Source: Rotaria socialis (Eukaryota). From it: a stretch of 64,000 bases of DNA. The position numbers were made by a program, and so were the translations under genes. The stretch is from contig CAJNYD010000550.1 of assembly GCA_905331295.1 (NCBI GenBank), positions 112,606 through 176,605 on the forward strand. The letters run 5' to 3'. How positions within the stretch are numbered: the stretch's first letter is position 1; each line of letters begins with the position of its first letter. Below, piece by piece: positions 1 through 15,647 of this stretch. The notes under the pieces were generated by a model that made no database searches, had not been told where the DNA came from, and worked only from the letters and a program-made list of their open reading frames with translations.

Positions 1-70
1 AAACTGATCGAGTAAGAAACGAAAATTTTCATTTCTTTTCTTTGGTATTCTTAAGTTTCGTAATTTTTAG

Positions 71-3000
71 ACAAAACTACTTGACGAAATTGATAAACTT
101 AAAAATGAACTTGAAAATGTTCGCAAAGAATTACAACGTTTACAACAACAACAACAACAGCAACAGCAACAGAAAAAGTAAAACGAATTAATATTAATTA
201 GTTCTTTTTTAAAATAAAACTTTTCTTCTAAGTGAGTCAATACAAACGTCTGTGCCCAACGATTTTGTCACAAGTACAACTGAATCAAATAATCGTGTAT
301 CACCTTCAACACGTGTTGTTAAAACAGTTCCAACAGTAACCGATCATATTTTTAAAGTAATATCTTTAATTTAAGTCCTATTGCTTATATACTTTTCCCC
401 CCATCTAATAGACATCTGAAGCTGATTGGGATACAATCGATCAAGCTCAAGTTATAAATGATGTTCGTTTAGCATTTGAATCATCAGATGTTGAATTAAC
501 AACTGATGATGAAGATTCGTTATATCAACATCATCCGGTGACAATTAATAATGGAAATCTTCCAACACAATCAACGCATAACGACGCGCAAACGTTGGCA
601 CTTGTTCTACAAGAACAACTTGATGCTATTAATAATGAAATTCGAATGATACAAGCAGAAAAAGTCGATGCTGAATTACGTGCTGAAGAACTCGAATCAC
701 GTGTTGTTGGTAATGTTGTTTATCATCTAGCTGATGAGGATATTGATGATGATGATGATGACAATGATAATGATTTAAATACTCACCATCATAGACATCA
801 CCCACAAGGAATATCGAATGGAACAATGCCACATTATCATTCTCATTTATCACAGCGTTATTTAAGAAATGCATCACCGCCAACAACATCAACATTAAAT
901 ACAAATACACATTTCCCAGGACGATTAACACCATATTCAACAACACCGGGAAAATCTTATAAATTTAATACAGTAACATAATCAATTTTTCGAAAAAATA
1001 TCATTATATACATATATATATATATTATTCATTAGGCTCCACCTGGTATGACAGCTGCAAATATGTATCAATATAATCTAGGCTCTGATCCAATCAACAT
1101 GAATGTAAGTAGAATTTCGTTCATGTTCGAACTTTGGTTTGTTTTTTTCATAATATTGTATTCAATAGGAATACGATCATACTTTACATCATCAATCTCC
1201 ACGTACATTTCGTAATGATTATGGACCAGGAACACGCTATTTAAAATGTGAATCAAGTCCGCCAGTAACGCCACCTCGAGTTACAACAAACATTCGAACA
1301 GCTACACCACATCATATTTATCATACATCGTCGAGTATTCAAAATCAGTATAGAATAAATACAAATATGTCGAGAACAAATCCACAACACATCGACGATA
1401 ATACTAGGCACTATTAGTAAGTAACGAACAGCAATGTTCGTTGTAAGCTGTCTGAGTCCACGTTGACAAAGATTAGATGAATCGTGATTTTTACGAACTA
1501 AAATTATTTCGACGTTGATGTATAAGATCATTAAAGTGTTTATTTTACTTGTACAACTGTTGTTCTTAACGGTTGTTGTCAGCGTGTTGAGTGTCAGTTT
1601 ATCGCTGCGACTGACTGCTGATATACAATGTTTACGTGCGACTATTTTTATTCGAGTTTTCACTAATGAATTTCATTAAGCGAGTACGATGAGCTCATCT
1701 CTGTACAGAATTAGCACTAATATTTTTGCTTTTTGCAAACCAATAGTCCGATATAAAAAAGGCAATTTTGAATAGACTCAATATTGATAGAATTTGTTAT
1801 ATCCTTGGAAATCTCATGACAATCTAATTATTATTGATCCTGCCTGTGACTCGTTTTTTTCACTGCTCACCTGGTGCCGTGCGAACCCCTACAGATAAAA
1901 TAAATAGATTACACAATCATATTATTATTTTATCATGGTCATGTGAAGATTTGATTATCATAAGAGCAAACAAAAAATAAATAAAGTTCGACTCAACTTT
2001 GTTTCCCTAGTCTTTTTTCATGGTTGTATCCTTGTGTAGTTTCAAGGTATTTGAAATTATCTATTCTCATCTAATTTTAATTGATCTATAATGAGAAGAA
2101 GACGGTTATGCATAGATGATAGACTGATGTTATCAGTGTACTATACCTCCTATCTTCGATATCCACCGAAACGGACGTGGTTCGATTACTTGCTATAAAT
2201 GCATGATATTACAAGGAATTTTCTCAGCGTCTCGATGAATAAGCGTTTAGGGTACAAGTATTTATCAATAGTCTACTCCAATAATTAATAGTTAAGCATG
2301 ACCGCCACTAGATATTATCAACTTAGTCTTTACAAAGACATATCTCGGAGATAGGCGGTTTTATCTTATAGTTTAATCAGGCTAGTCTACAAGGGGAAAG
2401 ATTTTTATTTCTCTCAAAGAGTAATATAACCCTAAATAAAGTTCTTTTAATAGTCAAGGATTTTCCATGTATTGTTTAATCTTATATGAATACCAAAATA
2501 GAAAATTGAATAATACGCAACAGTAATTTTAATTAATCTATGAATATTTTAGTACAAATTCGTCCATGGCCCAACCAACATCTTTATCGTCAATAACACA
2601 TCAAGATTCTCCGAGTCCTATAAGTTCTCAAAATTCAACATCAGGTGATGAGACTAGTTTCTATACAAGAAATCAACAACAACAGAAAAAGAAAGGCATA
2701 CGAAATTCTCTCGGGCGGTTATTTACACGAAAACCTGGTTCAATCGATAATAAATCCATGCATGAAAGTGTTCATCAGCCGACACCATCTTATCCACAAA
2801 ATTATCCATCACCTTATGTTACTCGTGGTAAATAAAATATTCTTTTTTCTTCTTCTATTTAAATATATTTTCATCGTCTTTAGCATCATCTGTACCGGTC
2901 GATCCTATGGGACCTAATGAAATGAATGAATCGACTACTGGTACATTACTTAGTTTAGGTAAAACAGAATTCGATCGACGTATAAAGAAAAAGTATGTTG

Positions 3001-4477
3001 AATAAATTACTATTGAAATAATCTAACCTATTTTCTTCACTGAAATTTAGACAAGAATTACTTGAAGATGCCATACAAAATAATCGTCCATTTTCAACTT
3101 GGGATGGTGCGACTGTTGTTGCTTGGCTTGAAGTGAGTACTCATCTAGAGTTAGAAGATGTTTAAATATCTATTATTTATAGTTATGGGTTAAAATGCCA
3201 GCATGGTACGTTGCTGCATGTCGTGCCAATGTTAAATCAGGTGCCATTATGTCGGAATTAAATGAAGAAGAAATTCAACGTCAAATTGGTATTAGTAATC
3301 CTTTGCATCGACTTAAACTTCGTTTAGCTATACAAGAAATATTAAATTTAACATTACCAGATGGTCCACGAACATCAGTTACTGTAAATTTTTTGAAGAT
3401 GCGAACTTTGTTTTTTGTTCTAATTTTACTTTTACTTTAAAGTCATTAGCATTTGGTGAAATGGATCATGAATGGATTGGAAATGAATGGTTGCCGAGTC
3501 TTGGTTTACCACAATATCGATCCTATTTTATGGAATGTCTTGTTGATGCACGTATGCTTGAGCATTTAAGTAAAAAAGATTTAAGTAAACAATTAAAAAT
3601 GGTTGACAGTTTTCATCGGTAAGATAATTCTATTTTATATTTTTATGGATTTGAAAGAAATGGTTTTGTATTAAATTTAGAACGAGTTTTCATTATGGTA
3701 TATTAGTATTAAAACGAGTTAATTACGATAAGAAAGAACTTGATCGAAGACGTGAAGAATCTTTAAATGAAAATCAAGATGTACTGATGTGGACCAATGA
3801 ACGAATTATTCAATGGTTAACAGCTATTAATGGATTAAAAGAATATGCTAATAATTTAACTGAAACTGGCATTCATGGTGGTTTGATTGCACTTGATGAA
3901 ACATTTGATCATAATACTCTAGCATTAGCATTACAAATACCAAGTCAACAAACAATGGTAAGAAAATAGAAGAACGAGTTGGTTTCTTGTTCTATGAATA
4001 GTTTTGGCATTTGTAATTTCTGTTTTTAGGCACGTCAAATTCTTGAAAGAGAATTTCGTCTATTAATTGCAAACGGTACAGATCGAAAAATGGATGAAGT
4101 AAGTTAATAGATCTACAAATAGGATCAAATAAATATGACACCTTTTTTCAGCTTAATAGGCAGTCATAACAGCCGGTAAATAAAATAATGTTGTGCTTTT
4201 TCTATTGTGCCTTTCCATGTTCGCTAATAGTTAGAAAATATCTATGCAAAGCAAAGCCCAACGATAAAAATCTTCGCTCTAAACTTTTATCTATCGGAAA
4301 ATAATTTATTAATCGTAAATTTTATTTTTGTTTTAGAACGACCGAGCAAAATTAAAACGTCATCCATCGTTATTTTCTCGAAAACCGAAATCAAAAACAG
4401 TCAGTGACGAAACGACACAGCCCAATGAAGTTGATTCATCAAATGCAACTCCAACTGATGAAAATCAACAATCATAA
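71..4477 (+). CDS. PPFIA: Liprin-alpha (SYD-2/PPFIA family), 3' portion, multi-exon; the 5' end lies outside the window
   Basis: Spliced exons give [37 protein letters not shown] and [13 protein letters not shown], then three SAM domains ([81 protein letters not shown]...[14 protein letters not shown]). Introns are GT-AG and the stop is at 4475-4477. Confidence 0.95.
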
Positions 4478-6854
4478 AATCAATTAATCAAATTTGGCAT
4501 TAAATTAGCCAAAGAAAGTGTCCTTGTTCAGATTTGTGTATTTTCTCTCATGACATCGAAGATTTTGACTTTTTCTCTTCTTCTCGCTTGTATGTATGTG
4601 TGTGCAATTGGTTTTTCTTTCTCTCTCTCTCTCTCTCTCTCTCATTTTCTTGTGTACCCGCACGACTATTATCTTATATACATATAGATATCTATTTTTT
4701 GTTTTTTTCTCGTTGTTGTTGTTAATGATCAACACAGAGACACACACAAGCAAATAAGACTTTTGTTGTGTACGGACCCATGTGTGTTTCAAACAACAAG
4801 AAACGAATTGTTTTCTTGTCGAGCGGCGACTATGCAATAAATAATAAACTCATTCTTAATCATGTTTTTTGTAAATCGGCGAGTGTCGATATAGAGACGC
4901 TGATTTGTAGCGGCAATGTTTATTTATGACAAAACAGAAATAATATGAGTTAAGGATTTTCCACTAAAAACCCTACCCATTGCTCACAGTTCATGTCGTG
5001 TTTCTCTTCCTCTCTCTGTCTCTCTCTCTTATTCTCCTACTTTTGGCAACTGATAGAGTCATGAATCATCATTTTAATTGGCCCGCGATTCATTCTGTTT
5101 TTTTTTTCTTTTGTATACGATATCTTTTTCTTACTCTTTTTTTTCTCCTGCCTATCTCAATACTCACTTTTTTTAAAAGTCCTCTGTCAAGTTCTATTTA
5201 TTATTGAACTCATTCTCATTTTGTTTCTCTCGTGTGTTTCCTGTCATTTCACTTTCAGCGCATTCTTGATTCATTGATCCTCATCTATGCAGATTGATAT
5301 TGATCGTGCACATTAACATTATCCTTGTCTTCTGTATAGTTCGAAAAACGTGTGAAGAAAACTTCATTTTCGTTTTGTTTTTGGATGGTTGTTGTATCAA
5401 TTTTCGTGTTTGCATTTTTTCTTTCTTTCTATGTTGCTCTAATTGTTTGTTTTTGAGAGCATAATTGGAATTTAAATGAAAAATCCCATAATAACAATCT
5501 ACTGAAAAACAAAAGAGTCTCTTGATTCCTGTCTTCTAATTCACAGATCGACTGATAAAGTTCATACAGTACTAATTATATCAAGACAGCAAGAACTGAA
5601 AACTAAAACGGGACTCGACAATACATAGTGAATGAACAGACATCGATATGGATATAACATGTTGATTATAATGATAGACAACGATAGAACTTGAAAAATC
5701 GAACGAAAAGGCATCATACTAGATATTTTGTAAGTATTGACTTACGATGACATGTTTGTTTGTTCGTTGATTTCAGTCAATAAAATTAAGCAATCAATGA
5801 TGATATTATTATTATTATTATTGAAATTACTCATGCGAAAGTGGCTAAATGACAAAAGATATTTATAGTTTTCATTGATTGTAAAACTAGAAATGAATGT
5901 CGATAGATTGTACCAATACGTTTACTGATTTACTACTTGTACGGATGGTTAAATTAGTATTCATCGATATAAAATTTTTATCAATTCTATAACATCATTG
6001 CAATGCATATGAAAGGCTTCGAAAAAAATTCGGAAATACTGACAATTCAGAATGCAAACAATTTTTGTTTTTGTCCAACGAAGGAGTTAAATTAAGATGT
6101 AGCGTATTGAAATATTGTAGTTTTTATTGTATAATCAGTAGATATGAGTCATTTTAAATATGCAGCATGTGTATGTCATAAACTAATGATTATCTTCGTA
6201 TCTATTTATCATTGTATGTATATTTTGTTATCTTAGAATGATCCATTACATCCTTGCCGTGCATATAATATGCGCCAGGAGGATTTCCAGAGGGCTCTGA
6301 GCACATTCTTTCAGAGACTGGTTGTATACTATTTGAGTGAATTGTAAGTGGTTTCCGCACTTTGTGTGAAAGATATTTCGATCTACAGCTAAATATTTAT
6401 TTACCTACGATAGTTCATTTTACGATTGTTTATTTCCATAGACTGCCTTTCTTGACTGCACAGAGATCCCATCTGTGGCTTTTGGTTAGCTATTTACGTA
6501 TAAGTAAAGCAAATATTCATTTTAACATTGCCACTTGTTTTTTTAAACTAACCACTATACAGGAAAGCACGTTACTGGCTCGAAGTTTTCTTTGTGCAAG
6601 GTCAATCTTACAGAGAAAATAGCTGCAATGATTCCGATTGGTTTGAAACTATCGTCTGGCGGGAAAAAAGCATAGTTCATCGTATAGGTCAGTCATCTTT
6701 CTCGTCCGTGTATTTCTAATGCAAAATATCACTGTTTATTATAAGATATTGCTGTATTGCATTTGACCTTTTATTTTATTGCTTCTCTATCGGCGTATTT
6801 AGCAATATTTTATTTTAGTTCTAAATCAAATTCAATAGTAACAACTTCGTGGCA

Positions 6855-9109
6855 ATGAACGCTCAATCATTGAAACGTACTTTCGATCGCCTATCACCCG
6901 AACCCGATGAGCATGAACTTACAAATACAACTGGACTTGCAAAATATATTGAAAAGGAAGTAACAGTTACACATGATTATATTAAATTATGCAAAATAAA
7001 TTCTATATCTACCATTCAAGATCTTTGTACAGAGATTTTTCTTGTAATTTTTCAATATCTACGTCCTCTGGATATTCTCTATTCATTTAGTCATCTTTAC
7101 GATCATCTTGATGCTCTTGTAGAACCATATACACCAGCACTTGATTTTCGTTGTGTAAATAAATCCTATTTTAAATGTTTAACAAAATCATTATTTCCAT
7201 GTTTTACTAATAATTTGCATATACTTCGTTTAAGTAATGCATATACCTTTGGCCAAATAAGAGAAACACTTGATAGACTTGATTGGTCACAAATAACTCA
7301 ACTTGAATCATTAACATTGGATTTCATTGAATTTGATGAATTATTAAAATATTTTCAAACTGTTCATCCATTGCTACAACATCTTTGGCGTTTATCTCTA
7401 ACATTTAATGAAAATGATAGATTAACTGAAAAATTAATCATTGATGAAATTTTTATACCTATTAATTCATTTCAATCGCTCAAACATTGTTTTATTAATG
7501 GTATTATATTCGATTTGAGTAGATTATCCGGTCAAAAATTACACGGAAATTTACGTGAATTAACAATAACTTTAGCAACAATAAATGATTTAATGAGTCT
7601 CTTTCGATCGGCAACACATTTAGAAATACTTACATGTACGATTATGGACAGTACAGCTAATGCAAACATTGATAAAATTCAACCGCTTGACGTCCTAAAA
7701 ATATTAACATTAACTATTCGGAAATCAATGCCATTCAAAATGCTAGAAAAACTCTTAATCTCACATAGCAAACTAGAAAGATTATCATTAAAAGCTATTT
7801 TATGTGATGAGGTAAACTAATGAAATTCTAGAAATTCTATGATATATTCAATCGAGTTACTGAACAATCTGACAGCGTCTACCTTAGATCAAGTACAGGT
7901 CAAATTATTCGAAAATCACACTAAAAATTCTAATTTCAGTTGTTCTCTTGAAAGTTTTTGGCCACTATATCACAGAACTCATTTCTTCAACCATAGACAT
8001 TTTCTTCTAATTCGATTATTTAGTTGAGAGAAATAGCTAATGCAAATAAATAGTTAGACTCTTGAAATTCGATGCTTGTAGCATATTTCATCCTTTTCTA
8101 ATGCATTTGTTTTATTTTGAATTTAGACTACTTCTATCAGTTACGATCAAGAAATAAATGGATATGTTTTAGAAAAACTGTTTCGAACATTTTTTCATTT
8201 AAAAAAATTGGATTTTTATCTACGCCATATACATAGTCATAATAATGTTACAACAAATTTTAGGCCTGACTATTTATTTTTATTTTCATTTACCTCTCGG
8301 TTTTGGCTTGATCGATCTATTGAAGTTTCAACACATTTTGTCCTTCGACCCAATCAACGCTACATTTATACTCTACCATTTGCTTTCGATTCATTTGATA
8401 TTGTTGATGACATAAAAGAGTTTTTTTCCATAGATTATCCGTATCACTATGCCAACGTTCGTCATTTGTCACTTTCTTCAATGTCAAATCTAGATCAATC
8501 TATTTATTCAAATATAATTTTGAAGTTTTTTCCAAATATTCAAACAATTACATTCACTGAAAAACCTGCATTGAACATGACACTGAATATTTTGACTAAT
8601 AACCAATGGATTCGACAGAAGTAAATTTTGTTTTTGCATAAATTAAAAATAAATATATTTCCTGTTACTTCAGATCTGGAACGAATATCTCATCATCCAT
8701 AAGTTATCCATGTGTATATATTCATAATACTCGAAAACAAACCCATTTACATGTTCGAACATTAAATATTCCCCATAAAGAACAAATATTATTAGCCAAT
8801 AGCAGTAAACATATTCGACAAATCACGATTCATGAAATGACTCAAGAACAATCAATGTGTCTGAGAAATTTCTTTCCATGGGTTCAAATTCTTACACTTT
8901 ACATTAGTACGTTAGATGGATGTTTTACATCGAACGATTGGTTATATCATCTGTTGACTGATATGCCATCATTATTTAGTTTAACTATTTATTATCCAAA
9001 GTATCTAATTGATGGAACTTTGAGAGATCTACTTGCTAATACATTATTAACTGTAAAAAAACATTTCTATATTAAATGTAATGATGGAATATTAAATATT
9101 TGGTTTTAA
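6855..9109 (+). CDS. F-box-like/LRR (RNI-like) protein, 3 coding exons (about 6855-7811, 8127-8620, 8674-9109)
   Basis: F-box-like motif IQDLCTEIFLVIFQYLRPLDILYSFSHL, followed by LxxLxL repeats (LESLTL, LWRLSL, LRELTI, LERLSL), YTLPFAF and a C-terminal LNIWF. ORFs 6849-7820, 8208-8624 and 8837-9109 are joined by GT-AG introns. Confidence 0.8.
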
Positions 9110-10338
9110 TCTAACTCAATAACTGTTGTTTTCTTTGGTTTGTTATTGTATTCTGCCATTATTTAATGTCTTATGTATAACACATATAGTAAATCTATTC
9201 CATTTTTGAAATAAAAAATAAGCCCGTTCTGTTTTCTTCTGATTCTATATAATATATTTTAAATGGGCCGATGCCAGATAATTTTCTTATTGAATAATCT
9301 TGACTTCTTTTTCTGCTACGGCAAAATATGACCGAGCGAGAAGATTAGATGATGCAATGAAATAATTAGAAATGTATGTATTAGTTTTTTTTCTTTTCTT
9401 TTCTCAAACATCGGAATGTTCTGGCGCGCTTAATCAAAGAATCTGTTGACTTTTGCTTGAAACGGCAGATAAACGAAATATTACTGTAGAATGAATTCAT
9501 TCATTTATTTTGTAGTTTCGTAAAAATAAGGATTGAGAAATTGCATAAGGTTCCGATAGAACCAAAATAACGTGTTCTTTCCAATGAGAGTATGAGTTGA
9601 ATTTTTATGGAGACACGAAAATTCAGTTGATCGTTAAAATTTAGAAACAATGATTTAACAATGGTCACTTTCATTTCCGCAGTCATTTTCTGTTCGTGTT
9701 GAGAAAATTAGCTTGGTGACGCTTAACGTACTGAAATTGATTCGCACTCTTTCGAGTTGATTGATAACTGTAAAATCAAAAGCTCTTAGCAACGTGTTAC
9801 TAGTAATCCAATGTTCTTTTATTCCCGTAGGCTCGTTGCAGAGAATGAAAAATGTTTTTGTCAAATTACTTTTCAATCACTCCAAATAACAGCTCCAACT
9901 CGTGATATGATTTGTAGGGCATTTGCATAAACCACTCTGAGTCTCAGACATAACAAATGAAAGTTATATCATGGAAAAATTTTCGACTATTTCTAAATAT
10001 AAAAAGAACCCGGTGTTTTTTTTGTAGTCTATCTCATAAATTCAATTCAAATAATGAAAAGTCTTTTTGTTATCTAATATTTCTTACTTTCTATAGCAAT
10101 CAATTGACATAATTACTTTGATCTTTCACATAAAAAAATGGCTACATTTTAAAGCAACCCTATTACATAATTCTGACAAGTCGCTTATCTCTTGCATAGG
10201 TCATTCTCTTAATTATGTTTTTTTTCAGAATAATAAAAAAGAAAAAGAGTGAATGCATTTTTCGCATTAGTATTCTAATATTTTATAAACCAACATATCT
10301 TGATATAGATTAAATCAAAGAAAACTCGAAATAAAAAG

Positions 10339-12254
10339 TTATACAAGCGACACATTCGGTGATATACAAGATGTATTCATTCGGTTAGGTGCGTCATATG
10401 GTGATGATGACATTGATTGTCGTGTTCGAAACTCATATATACGATACTGTTCGAGTAATTGATTAGGCGCAAGAATTGTTGATTCGACTGGTAGATGATT
10501 TTCAGATACATCCGAACTGCCCGAATAACCTTCATCATCACGTGTTAGACTTGACGACGATGATTTTTGTACGAAAAATATCGTTGTATGTCCTGGTGAC
10601 AATGATAATTCGTGATCATCATGTACTTTTAATTTAGATATAGTTGAAATTGCATCATATTCTATAAGTAAAGAGAAAAGCATTTTTTTTAATGATGCAA
10701 TAGAAAAGCTGACAAGAGATAAAAGGATTATTTTTGTTGGCTCAACACATTCAAATCTACTTACTATCATGTATACTTTCTTCACTACCGGATAAAGATG
10801 CTGGTTTCTATATGAAAGGAAAAAACGGTTATAATTAAAGAAAACAATTTTAAAACTACAAAACGTACTTGTTTATTATGACGAAGTTTATTATATTTTC
10901 GTTTTCTAACGATGACCATAGCACACATCATTGCGAAAAGAATTAAAAAAACGCCTAAGAAAATAGGTATGATAATCATCCATTGCGATCGTATGAATAA
11001 TAATAGAAATGTATCATTTGTATCTGATGTTATTTCAAGTAGAAATGTATCTTCATAGGAATTTTTTTCATTAAGTTGTACGTGAAATAAATATTTTCCT
11101 TTGACAGGTGTTGATAATTTTAAAAGTGTACAATTAGTTAAAAGTTGAAAATAATTATAAATTATTGGTTGATAACGACAATAGGTTGAATTAAATAAAT
11201 CCAATGAAGAAAATTCATATTGATTAATTTCTAATCTTTTTCTTATTAAAAATGGTATATGACCATATTCGTTGAATATTCGTATAGTTATATTTGTTTG
11301 TAGAATTTTCTTATATTGATTGATTACTTTAAGATTTAATTTATAAATGCTTTGTCTTTCTCGATTGATACTTGTCGCTGTATATAAATGTCCTGTTGTT
11401 GCGTTAATATAGAAATTCTTTGTATCATCTATTATATAGGATACATTTTGGCAAAATTTATTTGTTAATTGTTGTAAAATTAATGTTCGATTAGGTAGAT
11501 GTTCTTTAATATCTAAGATAAAATTATCTTTAGCAAATGAAAATTGGCATAGATTTCCATTAGGTTCCATATGAAATTCATAGGAGCGATTTGTCCACAA
11601 TGAAGGTTGATCATTATCACATGAATTCAATGACAAATAATAATATTCTTGGTCGATTAATTGTGCATTATTTTTTGTTGATAATATATAGATCGATTCA
11701 GTTACTAGACCGTGCTTTATTTGACGGACAAATTGTATTTGAAAATGTTCAGTATCATTTAGAAGTAGAGTTAAGTTTTGCGTTGATTCATCAACATCTT
11801 TTATATTTATTGTTGCTAATGGTGTTGAATATGTATTTAGATCATATTTAATTAAATTTAATTCAAATAAAACTGATGGATAAAATATTAAATTTATTTC
11901 AGGTAAATTATCATTGATATTTACAACATGAACAATTATTTCACTATAACAAGGTGCTATTGTTGATGATGAACGTGCTTCAATAGTTAATTTATGCATT
12001 GTTATTGTTTCATAGTCAAGTATATTTAATAAACTTAATTCGCCGGTTGAAGAATTAAGATGAAATATTTTATATGTATCACCATGAAGTTCATATTCAA
12101 TTGTTAACGCTGACGATGATGTAGCTTGAATAACACCTATTTTTGTATTTATAGGTGCTGCTTCTGATGTATAAAATTCATATGAATCACGTTCGAAAAA
12201 AAGAAATGTAGCATCCGTTAGATAAATAATTAATAATAGTCGTAAGAAAATCAT
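10339..12254 (-). CDS. Protocadherin/cadherin-repeat single-pass membrane protein, 3 exons
   Basis: Signal peptide MIFLRLLLIIYLTDA; cadherin motifs LDYET, VNINDNLP, DVDE, DNDQP and INRER; TM segment WMIIIPIFLGVFLILFAMMCAMVIV followed by RKRK. The cytoplasmic tail lies in two further exons (donors near 10870 and 10765). Confidence 0.85.
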
Positions 12255-15200
12255 CTGAAACATAGAAAGATAATAGAATTCTTAGTTGTTTCTATGGTCT
12301 CAATACAAAATGTAAGATGATCCCTTGTTGTTTTCATTGTTTTATCATGTATTATACTTTGAACCTATACTACTAGTAGGGTTACTTATGGTGGGATTGA
12401 TTAGCACCTTCACCACTTGCCTCAAATTAATGATGAGACAGGCCTTCTTTTTTTGCTTGTCGAACATACATACTTAATCTCGCTCCGACAACTGTGCACT
12501 GCTGATCAGCAAAAAATCTTACCTTGATCTGTGCGCTAATCTCATGATGCTATCTGACACAATACACGCGTATAGATCATTAGACGAATAAAGAGATAGA
12601 TATCTTATACACCATTATTTTTCTAGACTGAAGATTGTCTTCGCGTGAACAATAGCAATTAGTTTGCATACACATACGCATTTGAACAGAAGCAAGAAGG
12701 AGACAGAGAAAGACGACAGAGAGAGAGAGAGAGAGAAAGAGAATACTCTCTCTCTCTGGAAAAATAGACAGAAGAGAAAAAGTTCATTTATTCGAACAGA
12801 ATGTTGATGATCTGATAAGCACGACGACACCTGTATAGAAGTAGTTTGTCAGGATAATAAATTAGCTTTTCCAAGATATATGTGTGTGTGTGTAAACGAC
12901 AGACGATGAGCACTGCTCGAAGATACGTGTCTTATACGCAGCGGGGTGTCGAACTACTCTCCATATGTCCGTCAAAGAATGAACGAGTGAAACATATTCA
13001 GCTGATTCAATATGGATACAAAGCATATAGAAAAAGCAGTAAGAAAAAACAGAAGAAGTTTGACTTCTTTATTTCTTCCCTTTTTTGATCTGCGTCGATG
13101 AATTAGTATAGTTGCCGACGGCATTCAAGTTTATTTTTCTTTCATAATTGATGTTTTTCAATTATATTAGCCGACGTTAGATTCATGACGATGGTTACTG
13201 GTTCACTGGTCCATATTGAACTGATCGTCCGAGAAGAATTTCTGATGTTATGATAAGGCTAGAAGAGGCAATCTGGACACCGGGAGGTGTGACCGACATT
13301 GGTCAATTACTCTTCATTTTATTTTGTATCCGGTTCGCGATAGGAAAGGAAATTGGCGTCTCAACTAGACTTTAAATGGTCATCTCACGTAATTTCAATG
13401 TCACTTACAGATCGACGAATAGACAGATAATTATCTATCGACTTTTTTTTCTTTTGTATAAATGTATTTGGCGATTTTCATCGTTGAATAGTGCCGCGCA
13501 ACAATGAAACGAAGAGTTCAAAACGACGCTGTTGGAGAAGAGGGAGAGAGAGAGAGAGAAAAAGGCGTTATTGTGTCTGCAACTACCACCTACTGTCAAT
13601 TAGGCACTGCATGTACAAAGGATTGGTCAGTCGGCAAAATGTTTTAAAAGTATAAAATGTATGTACGGTATATATGTATGGCATTGTAGACGTGATCCAA
13701 GCAGTGTAATTTGTCTTGAGCAACCGTCCGAATGGGATTATGAATCACTTTACTGATGTGTACATGCATGTGTCTATACTGAACGAACGGGACAAGAGAC
13801 ATAGTAACAGTAGTAGCAGCTTGCATCGTTTCTCTGTTGTAAGAGTTACTATTAGTGTAATTGCAATAATGCTTGTTGTAAGAAGAGAGACAGAGAAAGG
13901 TTAGACAGAATGAATTCATTGAAATGGAACATTAAAAGTTGAAGAGAACAGAGAAGGAGACATTCGTAATCACTACTTACTGATAGTTGTGATTAATGAG
14001 TCTTTTGTGGGTCTGATAGACGTACCTGCATTTGTCTTCTTTTTTTTCCGTCTGAACGCACGTAGTTAAAAAAATGATATCCTTGCGGCTTCATTTGACT
14101 TGGTCGACACGCACTACGTTCGGAACAAAAGCGAATGTATTACAATAAAAAAGCCTATATGAAAGAGAGCGAAGCGAGGCATTGTCTATTATAAACATAT
14201 TTATCAAAGAAGTTCAATCATGTTTTGTTTTGAGATGTTGTTATCCACTAACCAACTCACTTGGGATATTGAACCTGAATTATGAGTGTGCACACGCCAA
14301 GCATGTACTTTACATATACACCAAGTGGCAGCAATCATTCTTCACTTCCACTGGGCTGTCATCCATTGATACGACGAAAAGGGGAAAAATAGTTCATTCG
14401 TTCACCCTCTCACCTTAAAACAAATTAAGTGAACAAGACTACATACATGTCTTCTTTGTTTCTCTCTCTCTCTCTCTCTCTCTCCTTCTCTCGTAAATCT
14501 TATAACAATACATAATCACAAGGACTCTTTTGGGTGCTCTTTTTTTATCAGTCTTGTGCTTCTACGCGCCCCGTATAGCTGATAATCGACAATCAAAATC
14601 CATGAAACTAATTATACGGTAGATTGTAAATAACAATATTAATCGAAAGAAAGAAGAAATGATTATATTCTCTCTCTTTCTGCAATCAAGGTAATAACAG
14701 AAGTAGCCATCGTAATGCTTCGTTCATGACGAAAGACTCGATTTTTTTCTCATTTACTGATGATGAGTGTTCAATTGCCGATGTCTGACTTTTCTTTTCC
14801 GATAGACATACACATACACACACATGTTTCTTTATTTTTTGATCGTGTTCAACGTAATTATCTTGCAATCGCGATCGTACATATTTATATATGAGCACAA
14901 GTACATATTCAGCTATGATCATTACAGTTCCGAGAATAGCTTACGAATCTTTTCTTTTTTAGCTATAATGAACTATTGCAAGCTGTTTCCATGAGATACG
15001 ATTTTCGATAACTAAAAAGAAATGTACTCTAGTTATATACATTGTTCTCAATCATTGTTATTATTGATTGAAATCAGAGATGATTGAATTGGATTGAAGG
15101 TTATAATGATCATAAGAATAATTATTCATTCTTTCGCACAGTTGTCAAACGTTAAATTTCACACTTTTAGAGAAGCAATTCATGGAGAGTAGCAGCAAAA

Positions 15201-15647
15201 TTTATCACCTTTCAATTGATCGATTTGTTTTGTCTTTTCTTTTTGAGCACCTGAAATAATAGATGCAATTATTTTCTTGAAATTACTAATTCATTTCAAT
15301 GCATTTTTAAATATAAACGTTTGAAAGTAGAGAAAAAATAACAATAACAAAAAACTTCATATCGACAAAAGTAAATGATATGCATGATTAGAGACTTATT
15401 GGTTTAAGAGAATCAATTGTTTTCTGTTTGCTTATACACATACAGCTATCGATAAAACATTATTCAGCACAGGAAAGAAAGTTGATGTTTTGTTGTTCTT
15501 TTACGACAAATGTTTTCTACCGTGAAATTACTTTTCCTTTATGATGTGTTAGTACTTCTTGTGTCAATAAAAATAGACAAACACTTACAAGAATTCACTG
15601 TTTTATGCATTATACAAAATTTATTTGATAAAAAACACTAATAAAAA

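Noticed and set aside
9500..9960. Minus-strand short ORFs that might be a gene fragment
   Set aside because: No recognisable motif or consistent splice structure.
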